DNA of 64,000 nucleotides from Takakia lepidozioides (GCA_030704615.1 CM060734.1:52948001-53012000); one strand, 5' to 3'; numbered from the stretch's first letter, positions 13,004 through 26,190 are shown. Translations and numbers: made by a program. The notes: generated from the letters alone by a model not told the origin.

Positions 13004-13400
13004 CACTACAAGAGATGAGCGTTTTTAGGACTATGGCTTTGGCGGAGTCATAAAAACTGCACTAGGTAGATGACTACAGAGCGTTGAAATGCATTGCAGT
13101 CATAGTTTTATGACTTTGTAGTAATGGATATCACTACATGACTCCGGAAAGTTAGGGAGCATTGGTCAAACATTGTTGACCATGATGACAGGGATGGTTT
13201 ATATGACTAGTGTGATATGTTTGACTACACGTGGACGACGTTTCATGGAATCTTATGACTCCATGACTGAAGATGGTTTCACAGCTCTATTTATACGACT
13301 ACATCACTACACGTGTCATTTTGAAGGCACATATAATGCAAATAAGGTTGCCCATTAGGTTTAAAAAAAATTAAAAAATTGCTAATAAGGTTGCCCATTA
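13004..13400 (+). mobile_element. CACTA (En/Spm) transposon terminus with subterminal ATGACT repeats
   Basis: CACTACAAGA at 13004 followed by several (T)ATGACT motifs. Right boundary is uncertain. Confidence 0.55.
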
Positions 13401-15285
13401 GGGTAATCGTGAACAGAAAGGAGGGCTGGGACTTGGCGTTTTTTTGTCTCCTGCAACACACCACATAGCCGAGGGATGGAACGCGATGATAGCAGGATAT
13501 GCAGGGGCGTGGGATGGAGGCGTTGAGCAAATGATGCACGAAAGAGAAGAGGAGGAGGAGACGAGACGAGGAGAAGCAAGCTCGCCGTTCTTGGGAGAGT
13601 CAGCTTGGTCTTAGCATGCGTGTTTCAATCTCTGACTACTCAGCTACGCCGTAGTGGTTCGATCTCACAGACCAATCCGACATTACCTGACTACAGACAC
13701 AAGCAGCACACACAAGAGGTCATTTTAGGTTGATGGTCGGTCAAATCCTCCATGGGTCAGGACAGGTCAAGGACAATGTGGTAGGGTACCTTCTTCTTCA
13801 ACCTATTTCAGCCTGTGTTGCCCTCTCATCAGACTCGGCCGCAAGATGCATATTGAAATTTGTAAGTTAGGTCGTTGGGTAGATCTGTGGTGGTTTGGAG
13901 TGACTTTGGCAAGTTACTGCCAGTGTGGCAGCATGGAAGTATCCAAAAATATATAATAGAGGTGAGGAGAAGCTTTGGGGTGAACACTTTCCGACCCCAG
14001 TCAATGGTGGGACAATAGAGACAAAAAAGCGAATGCCTGTTGGACTACAGAGAGAAGCAGATGCATTTCAGATTGTAATAAGTAGGGTTGGGGTGTTTTG
14101 GGGAAGAACTCCACACCAGTATGGTTGGGGTGTTTGCTGGTAGAATTCTAGGCTGTCAGAGGCATGGATAGCTGAAGGAGCAGGGATAGAGTGTGGGTCC
14201 AGATTCATCCAAGAGGGCTGGATTTCAAGCTCCACATTACCTATGATTCCCTGTGGAAGGATAGCTACAAGAAACCTACATGGGTAGATGGTCAACTGGA
14301 AGCGGCAGCAGCAGCGGCACAATTGATAAGGTCAGGCACTTCTACTGAAGGCACCTCCTTCAGCACATTTCACCCTGTTTTTCCCTCTTATCCGTTTCTT
14401 GCGAGCTGTCTTCTCTTATCTGTTTGTCTGCCCAGTCTTCAGTGAATGCGTCAAGGCTTTGTGTTTTGGCTTCTTCCTCGCTTTTGTCACCCTCTCCCAT
14501 GAATATCTCTGGTTGGCGCTCAAACCCTGCTGAGCTGTAGATGTTGTCCATGCCAATGCATTCTTCTTCACCAAATCCATGTTTTTGCCCTAAATCCTTG
14601 ATGTCTTGGCTGGATTTCTGCAGAATAGGCATCCATCCCCTATTTTGGCCTTCTTTGCACTCCCCGTGTCAACATGTTGATGTGGGGTGTTGTTGTAGTC
14701 TTATTGGAGTGTGATCACTTATATGGTATATCTCGTCCAACTCATCCAGTGCCTCCAGCTCATTATGAGTGAACTGACATAATACTTGTGTTGTTGGTTG
14801 CATCATGTACTCCGTGCTTGGCAATGGGTAAGCTTCTCCTCCTTCCACGTACTCATTGATCACTGCAAAAGGTACTCCATACATCTTCCCTTGAGGTCCT
14901 GCCCCTTTTTTTGCTTCTGTGATTGGTTCAGCTTTGCTGAAAGTTTGCCAAGACCCATGTTGGGTTAGTGTGTGACGACTGTGTCTCATGTTATTACAGA
15001 TTTTAGACAATGTTCTTTGTTTGGGCCTTCTAATGCCTTGTCTGATGGACTCAGGTTTGTCAAAATCAACTTGTATCCACTCTGCTTCCATGTTGTTGCT
15101 GTCAGCAGCTTGTTCTTTTGCCAACTGAACCCCGATAGGGCCTGGGTCTTCCCTTCTGCCCGCATCAGAGCATTTCGCAATGTCTGTAGTTGCTTCATCC
15201 TTCCTCAACTACGCCCTCTCTTTGGCAGGTTGCGCACCTTCACCACCACCTTAGGGGGTGTGCCCTCACTCTTTGCTCTCTGAAA

Positions 15286-16259
15286 CCAGTGTTCTGCAGC
15301 ACTTTCCACATCCCCAAACACAAGACTACGATTCGTTCAGCCATATCATCAAACACTTGACGTGCCCCTTTCATGTGCCCACATTTGGCATACATGTTAA
15401 CAATGGTATTTTCCAGAGTTATGAAAGACGCAATTCCAGCTTTCATGAGTCAGCATGGACCTCTTTGCCCTTTTCCAGGTCTCGTAGGCTGGCACACGCA
15501 TTGACAACCGAAATGAATGTGACATTGTTGGGCATCACTGCTTCCCGTATCATTTGCTCATACAATTGGAGAGCCTCCTTACCCCATCCATGTTGAGCAT
15601 ATCCTGAGATCATCACATTCCATGAGACCACATCTCATTCATCCATAGTGTCAAACACACTACGTGCATTTCTTATGCTCCCACATTTAACATACATGGC
15701 AACAAGGGCAGTGCCAAGAATGACATCTGACACAATTCCAGCCGTGACGATGTTAGCATGGAGTCTGGATCTCCTTGCCCTTATCCAGTTCTCCTAAACT
15801 GGCACACTCCTTGACAACAGAAATGAACGTAACCTTGTTGGGTGTCATCCCTTCCTGCATCATTTGCTGATAGACCTCAGGGGCCTCCCTAACACATCCA
15901 TATTTCACATATCCTGCCATCATCGTAGTCCATGTAAACACATCACGTTTAGGGATCGTGTCAAACAAATGGCATGCATCCACCACGCTTCCACACGTCA
16001 CATACATGTTGACAAGGGTGTTGAGTACAAATAAGTTCGGCGTGTATTTACTTTGAATAATGTGGGTGTGCACCTGCTTTCCCCTTTCGAGGTCTCTAGT
16101 TTTGATACACTCCCGCAAGGTACAATGAGTCTGGCCAAACGTCTTGTTGTTCAGAATGTACAGCGCCTCTTTCAGCTCTCCTGCCTTACATAGTGTCCTC
16201 ACATCCTCAAAAGTGCCAGAAAAGTTGTTGACAATCCGCTCCCTTGCTCCTCTTTCCAA
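15286..16259 (-). pseudogene. PLS-class PPR pseudogene (frameshifts, 3'-truncated)
   Basis: LVNMYVTCGSVVDACHLFDTIPKRDVFTWTTMMAGYVKYG, VSWNVMISGYAQHGWGKEALQLYEQM and NMYAKCGHMKGARQVFDDMAER in shifting frames. Confidence 0.9.
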
Positions 16260-16280
16260 AGGAGTGATCTGGCGGAAGTT

Positions 16281-16560
16281 CTTGACTCCAACAATTGCAT
16301 CTGATTCAATCCTGCCATCCTGTCTGATTCAAGAACCTTAGTATAGAGTTTTCCACCAGACTCCCAAAATATATCTCAAATCTCCTCAGGGCCTCAAGAC
16401 AGATTTCTTATCAAGACAGGCTTGATGCTGCTTGATTCCAACAATTGCATCTGATTCAACCCTGCAATCCTGCCGGATTCAAAACTCTTACTATAAGCTT
16501 TTCAAGTCAGACTCCCAAAATATATCTCAAATCTCCTCAGAACCTCAAAACTCTCATCAA
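16281..16560. repeat. About 150-bp tandem duplication upstream of the PPR pseudogene
   Basis: The sequence CTTGA(C/T)TCCAACAATTGCATCTGATTCAA...CAGACTCCCAAAATATATCTCAAATCTCCTCAG occurs at 16281 and 16431. Confidence 0.85.
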
Positions 16561-16716
16561 GACAGGCCACATATTAGCAGGTCTACAAAACTAGTCTTGC
16601 AGATACATCGTTATTTTGCTGATGATTCAAGGTATCCAACTCAAACAGATAGAATTGTTACTCTTTATTCTCAATGTATGAGATGTCCTAAACGTCCTCA
16701 ATCAAGACATCCTCAC

Positions 16717-19700
16717 CTTATCAAACCTGATATTGCACCACTGTGAAAGATCTGAGAAGTACTCTTGCCAGAGTTGTTCTGTGATGGCTTGACCTGTGTA
16801 AGACTACAAAAACATGAGAATTTTGCCTCACTCAAACTTCAAGAACATGCAGTCAGCTCCACATAAGAAGACACATCTGTGAGGAGGTGGTATTCAAACT
16901 CAGTTATCACTCCCATCATCGGAGTCAGTTACACAATCTCCACATCAAAACATGCATTGGCTCAACATGCCATGAGCATAGGATGTGCCCAGCTTGTACC
17001 ATCTAAGAAGTCAAGATATAGCATGGACACCCTCGTATTGGGAGAGAGGCCAGTACTCTCCTCTCCCTCTTTTTTGGAATAATAAACAGAAGGGGACGGA
17101 GGCCCCAAAACGAATTCAAAAGCGCAAGGAGAAATAAACCTTGCCAAACAACAGGGGCCGGAGCACTGCCCTGTAGCCAGCCCCCTGAAAACAGAAAAAG
17201 ATAGAGAAAAGAGGGACAAAGCCAAAGCCCCATAGCCCCAAGCCAACCACTGGGCCAGCAAGAGCGGAGAACCAAGGGATTCACGCACTCTCTCCTCTCT
17301 TTTATGTCATTGCCCTGGGAGGAGCATTTATTTCTCAAGACCACCTTCACAAGGTGCTAATCAGTTGCCTGATTTTCCAGTATTTTGTTGTGTTCTCCAC
17401 CGTGGTTCCTTGCTATCCTTCTCTACCCTTTCACAAGCATGATGTGACTGGCAGTGCCATCACCAACACAGTTCCCATGTGTGTCAGACTGGGACTGGAG
17501 AACGAGTGTTAGACTCAACACAATATTTTTTGGCATGATGTTTACCCACCCTCACACAATTACTCAATTCCCTGTGGTATCCACAACAAGGTCGAGGGGG
17601 TTACTATCCCAAAGGAACCATGTGTTCAAGGGTTTCTCATTGCCAATATTCGTAGGAACTGCCCATGAGAACATCCTTCTCCGCCATTATCCATCCTTCA
17701 TGGAGACAGGCAGGCGTGCGTTGACGGAATCACAACACTGCTGTCACATCCGGGCACTAGCCCTATAACTAGCCCTATCATCTTACTCTGACGAAGAACC
17801 TGATGGGCTGTCCTCCCCCTAAAGATGGTACGTCACACGGCCTAAGGGTCCACGGAATCTATGGCAACGACAACCTCTCTCTCTCTCTCTCTCCCCCTCG
17901 ACATACCAGAAGATTCCAGGAGATACAAGAGAAGCTTATGGAAGGAGGACAACGTTGTTGTTGACGATTACACTCACGTTTCTCTACATTACCATTTATG
18001 CCCACAAAGTGAATCCCTAGCTGGGTCATGGAGAATTTGGAGCCTGGAGCACTCCGCGCAAAAGGCTACCAGAATGTACCTTCTTGAGTCTCCCTGCAGG
18101 CTGAGGAGGCTTCACAACCACTTGCAAGGGTCTCGGGCACGGCATTGCCAAGGTGGACGCCGGGTTCAGCTCCACGGCCCGGTCCATTAATCTGCTGCAC
18201 GATGTGAGGCCTCCCACCCTTTCACCGAAGAAGACAGGGCCTTCGATAAGTCTTCCGATTGCGCGAACAGAAGTTGCCCCGAGTACGATGTCAAAAAGAA
18301 AAGATGAAGAGGAAACGAGTAGCAACAAAACCGCAACACAAAAGAGATCAAAGGGGACTGCTACAGATTTCAAGCCATTGTGGCACTGGGGAACCTTCAA
18401 ATCATGAAATGAAATCAACCCCAATTCTTTGGATGGGCAAAATGCCAAGAGTAGTGAATGAGTTGGCCAGCGTTGAGCCCTCGTCCTCAGGTGAGATTGA
18501 GTTTGCAGGTGATCGTTTGCCCATGTGTGACGGCCAGAAAGATTTCGCAACTGTCGTTGATTCCCCCATGTATTTCTTGGTTTGGATGCCCCTTCCTCTT
18601 TCGCTTTGTGTAACATGTGCGGTTTTCCTCGCTTTTTTTTTGTTTGTTTTGGCATCTTCAGCTTGGCAGCCTACACAGAGAAGTCGAGGGAGACAAGGGA
18701 GACAACATTGCAATGTCAATGGCTGACGACGCCAACCCTACACTCCTCGATGTGTCGTCCACTGCATTGCAACATCCATGGTGCAGCCAGACAGAGGATC
18801 ACATTGCTGTCTGTCAATCACCTCCCACCACAAGCTACACAACAACCCTCAATGTTTCCATGACCTGCACCTCACCCTCCCTCTCCATCTCCCAACCCCA
18901 TCTCCTTTGTGTGGTTATGTCGGCAATCTGGAGTTCTCTGTGCAAACCACGATGTGGCAGCTGAACAACCATATAGCATCAATGAAAGCCTTGCAAAGAC
19001 CAGGGTACAACCACCAAGGAATAACAACCTACTGATACCAACAGTTGGTTGCATTTCGAAAACAAAGGGGGATGTTAAGCAAATGGAGAGACATTCCACA
19101 CAACATCAGCATGCCAAATTTAAAAGCGCTCCTTGCCAAACTCTTCCATGTCCTGGATGAAGAAAGCCTTACCTTGTCTGACCACTCCAAAGGATCTGAG
19201 AAAAACACATGCAAAATTGTTCAATGCTCATTGCTTGGCCTGCATGCCAGAACTTGATAAGAAATGATAACTTCGCCAGATTCTGATTGGGGCAGTCTCT
19301 CTTGTGCGAGTTAGCTTGAGGGACCATTTCAGCAAGTCTCTCTATTCCTCATACCCACAGCAAACATAAAACAAGGGTTTAGGGGAAGATTTTGAAGGAG
19401 TTTGAATTGGATAACTACCAAGCTAGATTAATTGTCGCTCATATTGACATTCCTCTAATGGAGCTCCATGTTCACACCAGAATGATAGCCATACAATGAC
19501 ATCCATCCATGATGACATTTTGCTCAAAATGGAGTCAAGGTAGCTAGCTTTGCAAGCAGCATTTAACTGACTTCCAATTCAAAGCACCTTTTTTGTATAT
19601 TGTCTGGTAATCTCGAGTTTTTCATGAAAAGCACCGCGCTGCAAATGGGCAGCAATAGCCTTAACTACCATCTTGTATAGACCTGGCTATAACCACAGAA

Positions 19701-20012
19701 ACTCTACAAGCGAGAGTCTTTTGACAAGAGTCTGCCACAAAACAACTTCAAGATACTGTGGATTCACAAAAATCATCTGACAAAAGACCCAGACACAAAT
19801 CATCAATTCTCACTGAGTGAAGTAATTGAAACCATTGTCCGCTTTTTAGCTTCATCCCTGCTTTGTAAAACAAGGGATTAACATGCTTTTGTTCTAGGAC
19901 CGATGAATGCTTTGGGTAACAATTAAGATAGCCTCACCTTATCAGACCTGTTGTTCCACCACTACAAAGGATCAGAGGTGATGTCCTGCCAAAGCTATTC
20001 GATACTTACAGC
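16717..20012 (-). pseudogene. Decayed exons of an OSB-like (organellar ssDNA-binding, PDF-motif) gene: 16717-16793, about 18880-18935, about 19170-19210, 19938-20012
   Basis: GQAITEQLWQEYFSDLSQWCNIRFDK|gt, IE*LWQDITSDPL*WWNNRSDK|gt, FFSDPLEWSDK and RTPDCRHNHTKE resemble the PDF motif LWxxFFxNPxxWWDNRxxK...PDFKHKxTxEALW. Confidence 0.55.
17211..18570 (+). repeat. Segment duplicated at 24828-25506 plus 37385-38060; this copy is the empty site for transposon copy B
   Basis: Near-identical sequence. Here ...CTCCCCCTCGACATACCAGAAG is uninterrupted. Confidence 0.92.
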
Positions 20013-20244
20013 GGGGGCTGCTATTTCATGAGCGGCATGAGCATGAGCGGAAAAAAAAAAAACATGAGCGGACCATTGTGTGTCCACGGAAATAGGGTTA
20101 GGAGGCACGGAAATAGGGTCATATGAAGCTGGAATTTGGCACCAGTGGACTTGTCATAGCAATGAAATGCAACATTTTATTGCAAATTTTGTGGCAAGCC
20201 ACATCTATACAAGTGTGTCGTAACTGTCATAGCCGGAATGGGCA

Positions 20245-23200
20245 CTACTCTCCTACACCCTCCGAGGAACTTGCCCCACCTTCCTCCTCATCCCCCTCAT
20301 CCCCCCCATCCTCTGAGCTATGAGATGCATCAGTTCCACTATGCCTCTCAAAAATACCGTCCTCTCCTTGGGGGACTGTCCACCTCACCTCCTGGGAATC
20401 TTTTGCCTCTTCTCCCCGACTTTCCTCAACAAATTTCAAGACAAATCTACGAGCCTGACGGGCTCTAAGAGCTGCTGCCTCCTCCCTCTTCTTCATTTTC
20501 TTGAGGTTTGCCCCGTCTAAAATCTGCTGTACACGACTAGGTTCGGAAGACCTCCTAATGGACACCGAAGCAAGCCGGGCAGCATAAGTAGGAAGGATGT
20601 AGTCCCTTTTCTGGACTCGGCATGAAATCCCCTCTGGCAAAAAAAGGCACGTTCCTCCTGCCCATAAACTGCGGTGTAGACGTCCCTCCTGCAGTACTTG
20701 GCATCCTACAGTAAGAACAAATCCACTTCAAGAATGTCAATACCAGCAGAAGCATAAAGGGTCTTTCAATGAAATAAGAGAGCGAAGGGAGGTGCCTCAC
20801 GAAATCCGGAGGCAACTTACAATGCGACCACTCACTCATAAACCGGGGGCTCCTTGGCCTCAATCCCAACTTGTACCTCCCCCTGCTCCTTGTCGGATTC
20901 TTCCTCATCCTCCGAGGATGCCTCTTCCTCTTTCGGCAGACGTTCAGTCGCGGCAAGTTCGGAGTTGTGGAGGGTAGTATCTGGCTCGAAGGCGCGACAT
21001 GCCTGTCGGACAATGTCCCTGCCCACATTGGACAAAGCGGGCAGTTAGTAGCATGCAGCATGCAATTGCAATCGGGCCAGGGGACAAACTGTGCACGTGA
21101 AGGCTTACCCGTGCCGCATGTGAGGTCAAGAATCTGCCCTTGGACATCGTAGACCCTCTCTTCACAAAACAATATGCCTCAAACACCAATGTCTGCACAT
21201 CCAACAAAAGAGGAATCAACTCCAGGGTCTAGTTCAGATACACCACAATATGAAGTGAATGCAATAGATTGATAACTTACACTCTGGCCCTGTGTTCGCA
21301 ACCCCTGCGTATTGATGCAGAACCATTTTTTGAGGAGGACCGGGGTGACACTTTTCGGTGTCCACCTTGCCACAACATTGTATGTGGTCTTTCCTCTTGT
21401 GGCAAGGACCACAATACATCCACCGTCATCCAGGAGCATCCCCGCCAGCCCAAACCCGGCTCTCCAGTAGTCCTCAGTAAACCTGTTCCAGGTGGGCACA
21501 CCATCCAGGCCCTCCAGCAGCTCCCCATCTGGAATATCGAGGAGAATCATATTGCAGGCTCTCTCCACCTCAACGCCCCCCCGAGTGCTCTTGCAATCCG
21601 TGCTCACAACCGTGAAGAATTTCATCATGGATTCGAAACCAGGGGTGTCTTTAGGCTTTGTACTGGGAGCCCTCTTCTTGGCTTTCCCCTTCAGCTCCTC
21701 CACAGACTTGCTGTGTGCCACCTTCTTCGCCCTGGCAGCCAAAGCGTCAAGGAAGCTCTCATTGACATATTGGATGATGGTTGGGGGTTCTAGCTTTGGC
21801 CTCTGCGGAAACGTCACCGCCGAATACCGCCGTGTAGGCTCGCCCTCAAATGCCAACTTCTTGGCAGAGCCAGTCCCAGTCTGAACTGACTTGGGAACCC
21901 GGACGACCGGTGACTTGGTACCAGCAGCAGCAGTCGCAGGACCTTGCACAAAGTCGTCGTCGGAGTCACTCCCTTGGGGCCCCTCCTGCGCCTCCTCTGG
22001 TGCCCCGGTGGTTTTCTGTTTTTTGGGGGTTATTGTACTCCCCTGTTTTCGTGTCCTTTTCTTTTGACCTTTATTTTTCTCATTCAATTTCTCCTGAATA
22101 CCTGCCTGAGCAAGCTCTGCCGCTTTCCTGGACTTGGCAAGCGCTTTCGCCCCCTTTGGACCTAGCGGAGGCAGCGGAGCCCGGTTTTGTCGGGCCTCCG
22201 CATCCAGCTTCAATTGAACTCGGATGAGTCGAGTGAGCCGGGCGGAAGGTCCACATACCAAGGGCAGTCGCGCAAATGTTCCAGATGCCACTCCTTTACG
22301 ATAACGTCAGTGTACATGGAGTCAGCCCCAGGGTTCCTCCATGCGAGGAAGAATGGCGGCTCGAAGGACAGATGACCTTTCTCCAAAAGGGAGAACTTGC
22401 AGTAGCTGCAATCAAGAAACACACACAAAATGAGGTCCCGGGAACAAGGTAAATTTTAGGGAATGAAACTGCAAAATAGACGCGAAAAATGGCGCCGATT
22501 ATCCAGTTTCGGTGCCAGCCACCCCAGGGACTAAGCCATTTCCGGGGCCCTAAATGCCATTTTCCCAGATTGGGGCCGACAATGGCTAAGTCCCATACTG
22601 GACTGGGCCGGAACTGGAGAAATGGCGTCGAATTTCCGGTTTCGGTGCCAGCCACCCCAGGGACTTAGCCATTTTCGGGGCCCTAAACTGGCAATTTGGC
22701 GCCATTTTCCCAGGTTGGGGCCGAAAATGGCTAAGTCCCAGAACTGACTGGGCACGGAACTGGAAAAATGGCGCCGAATTTCCGGTTTCGGTGCCAGACA
22801 CCCCAATGACTTAGCCATTTTCGGGGCCCTGAACTGGAAATGCGGCGCCATTTTCCCAGGTTGGGGCCGAGAATGGCTAAGTCCTACATCTGACTGGGCC
22901 TGCAACTGGAAAAATGGCGCCGAATTTCCAGACTGAGTGCCAGCCACCCCCTGAACAGCCATCCCCCAGGGCCCGAATCCGGAAATTCGGCGCCATTTTT
23001 CCAAGGACTTCTTCACAACTAATTTTCATGCGCCACATAAGGTCTCTTAAATCCTCGAAATGTAGGGACTAAAAAGAAAGGCATCGCGTATGTACCTGTA
23101 CAGAAGGCGCATTGCCGCTTTGTCCGCGTTCGGCTAGTCGGTGAACTCGTGGCTCCGGCGGGCTTGGGGTATCTCTCGAAAGAATAGGTCGGTTTTGTAG

Positions 23201-24827
23201 AGCAGAAAGTACCTCGTCACATAGTCACGTAGGCTCTCTGCTTCACCAGAAATCTCCAACTTGAACTAATGTGCTTGTGTGTCAAGCTGCTCTTGCGCAT
23301 TCGTCGTCACCTGTGGACATTCTCCATCAGACCGCTTTCCTCAAAAAATACAATAAATCCATCCGATACAAGAGTAGAAGCCCCAAATGAAGTGTGGGAA
23401 AGTACCTGAAACCACCATGTCATGCGGTTCATCCACATGTCGAATGTGGGGTCGGACAGTTTGTCGGGTTTGGGGAAGCTCCACATGTCCCTTGTACTTT
23501 GGGAACCATTCCAGATTTGGAGCCACCGGGTCTGTCCAACCACCCAACATATTAGTAAGCGCCAAACACCACAAAAACGAATTGCTGCCACGACAATTTG
23601 GTTAAGAATGTATAACCTTTTCTGTTGCATCCACACAAGATGTGGCTAGACGATGAAGCTTCTCCAATGTCATCGTGGGCTTCAGAGCGCGGGAGTAGTG
23701 CTTCCCCACCTCCACCAGAAAGTCGGCACCAAGGGCGGGATCAGCTATGGCTACGTACTTTACCATCTGGGACATGTACTTTATGCGGGCCTTCGCCTCC
23801 GCAGCTTTGAGATACGATTCCAGTGCCGGGAGGGTTAGTTTCTTCTTCTCTGACTCCATGTAGAACCTCCGCGCATGTGCCAAATCCTGCTGAATTTTCG
23901 TCTGTCAAGAATGCGCAAATATGATTATAAATCCTGGTCAACACTTTTTCTTCTATTGGGGGAGGAGAGATAGATAAGCTGAACAAAATAGTTAGGAGCT
24001 TTACCCGAAATATGTATTCCACCATGGTGTCCATGCTCAGCCTATACCAGGTTCTGTCTGCCTTTGCCTCCGACTTGCGCAGCAGGTCGGCACTGAGCGA
24101 ATTGGCAAACTCTTGGACCCCCTGCTTCCCGACGTCCTTCACTCGGAAGAGCATATGGGACAAGTTGGTGGCAATGAAGGCATTCTCAGTCACCCTGCAA
24201 TGCCACATTTCCATTAAACAATACAAAAATGAGAATTTGCAACGAATATGACGATTGGCAATGAAATGACTGTTTCAAATTCAAAGTTCCAAAGCAAGAG
24301 GCATTGTAACTTACGAGTTGATGTCTGCCATTGCCGCTTTGAGAAGACTGCGATCTTTGGGCCCCGCAACCTTGAGCACAACACACTCCACGGCGAAATG
24401 CCAATCCAGGTCGTTGGGGTGGGCTTGGGCTATGTACTCCATCCATGCCAGGAGGCGATGATTGCCGTCCCACACGTAAATCCCTCCCGGAAAGAGAATT
24501 TCAGCTTGTCGATATCGCCTGGGAGGGCAGGTCTCACCACTTGCAATGAAACCAAGCGGCAATGCCCCCCAGGACCCTGCCAATGTTGCTGTGGGTTGCC
24601 TCCAACATCTTGCCAGCGGCCAACTTCATATCCGCCTCCGACATGACGTCTGTTGCAGGGGGTTCTCCGGCAGCCCACCCGGACCGCCAAATCCAGCCTG
24701 TATGCTCCGGGTTTGGGGCCGGGGGATGTCCGGGAGGATGTCATCCTGGTCAGAAAGCTCCCTCTCGTCGTCCTCAACATGGTCAACCACCGCCGGAACC
24801 ACCTCGAGCACTCTCCCCGTCTCTACT
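20245..24827 (-). pseudogene. Transposon cargo gene (copy A): ParB/Srx-like domain plus N4/N6 DNA-methyltransferase-like domain, multi-exon, with deletions
   Basis: VRPALPGDIDKLK, YVWDGNHRLLAW (24311-24583); NMILLDIPDG, LAGMLLDDGGCIVVL (21179-22291); DVQGQILDLTCGTG|gtaag (about 21105-21150); NVGRDIVRQACRAFEPD (20832-21035). Confidence 0.75.
22480..23010. repeat. Intronic array of GGCGCC quasi-palindromes in alternating orientation (about 73-bp spacing, 146-bp dimer)
   Basis: Cores at 22624, 22698, 22770, 22844, 22916 and 22989. Confidence 0.9.
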
Positions 24828-25749
24828 GAGGGACAAAGCCAAAGCCCCATAGCCCCAAGCCAACCACTGGGCCAGCAAGAGCGGAGAACCAAGGGATTCA
24901 CGCACTATCTCCTCTCTTTTATGTCATTGCCCTGGGAGGAGCATTTATTTCTCAAGACCACCTTCACAAGGTGCTAATTAGTTGCCTGATTTTCCAGTAT
25001 TTTGTTGTGTTCTCCACCGTGGTTCCTTGCTATCCTTCTCTACCCTTTCACAAGCATGATGTGACTGGCAGTGCCATCACCAACACAGTTCCCATGTGTG
25101 TCAGACTGGGACTGGAGAACGAGTGTTAGAATCAACACAGTATTTTCAAGCATGATGTTTACCCACCCTCACACAATTGCTCAATTCCCTGTGGTATCCA
25201 CAACAAGGTCGAGGGGGTTACTATCCCAGAGGAACCATGTGTTCAAGGGTTTCTCATTGCCAATATTTGTAGGAACTGCCCATGAGAACATCCTTCTCCG
25301 CCATTATCCATCCTTCATGGAGACAGGCATTGCGTTGACGGAATCACAACACTGCTGTCACATCCGGGTCACTAGCCCTATAATCTTACTCTGACGAAGA
25401 ACCTGATGGGCTGTCCTCCCCCTAAAGATGGTACGTCACACGGCCTAAGGGTCCACGGAATCTATGGCAACGACAACCTCTCTCTCTCTCTCTCTCCCCC
25501 TCGACAGAGGTTAACTATTTCATGAGCATGAGCGGCATGAGCGGCATGAGCGGAGTAGTAAGACAATCGGTTTTCATGAGCAGAATTACAAATTTCGAAA
25601 ATAAAAAACAATAAAAAACAATAATTTAATGCAATGTGTCAGGAAAAACAAATATTTTATTCGGCCCCTTGAAGGGAAAATTGTAGTTTTGACAGTTGTG
25701 CTCATGATATTTCGTCTTCCGCTCATGCCAATTCCCAGCGACATGTACA

Positions 25750-26190
25750 AATATGGCGCCGAATTTCGCGGTAATAGGGTCCGTAACCTGAAAAAACGGC
25801 GACGTATTTCGCGGTAGTAGGTCTCTCTGGCAAAAAATGGTGCCGAATTCCGCGGCTATAGGTTCCCTCATGACAGGTAATTCGGCACCATTTTTCCAGT
25901 GCATGTTCGGACTTAGCCAGTTTTCGGCGCAAAATAGGGAAATTCGGCGCCATTTTTCTAGACACTGTATCAGTGCATGTTGGGACTTAGCCAGTTTTCG
26001 GCCCAAAAAAGAGAAATTCGGCGCCATTTTTCCAGACACGGTACTAGTGCATGTTGGGACTTAGCCAAATTTCGGCCCAAAAAAGAGAAATTCGGCGCCA
26101 TTTTCCCAGACACAGGTACCAGTGCATGTTGGGACTTAGCCAGTTTTCGGCCCCAAAAAGAGAAATTCGGCGCCATTTTTCCAGAAATGG
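25750..26190. repeat. Subterminal array of the quasi-palindrome (74-75-bp unit)
   Basis: Cores at 25755, 25839, 25884, 25946, 26020, 26094 and 26169. Confidence 0.9.

Larger units (their letters stand above)
20013..24827 (-). mobile_element. Mutator-like element copy A: end A TIR plus the 3' part of the ParB/MTase gene, broken at 24827
   Basis: TIR GGGGGCTGCTATTTCATGAGC at 20013, flank CTTACAGC, and reverse-complement homology to 32020-37384. Confidence 0.92.

Noticed and set aside
13700-15280. Possible LINE ORF1 remnant or host gene
   Set aside because: Only short ORFs with no motif I can identify confidently.
20555-20710. Apparent PHD finger at the cargo C-terminus (YCRR...FCQRGFHAE...CCPAC)
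   Set aside because: The Cys/His residues come from different reading frames. The long open frame (LPEGISCRVQKRDYILP...) lacks the pattern.
25499-25527. Classifying the element as hAT because of the 8-bp TSD
   Set aside because: The transposase has a MULE-type core and a SWIM finger, with no hAT dimerisation motif or CAG/TAG termini.
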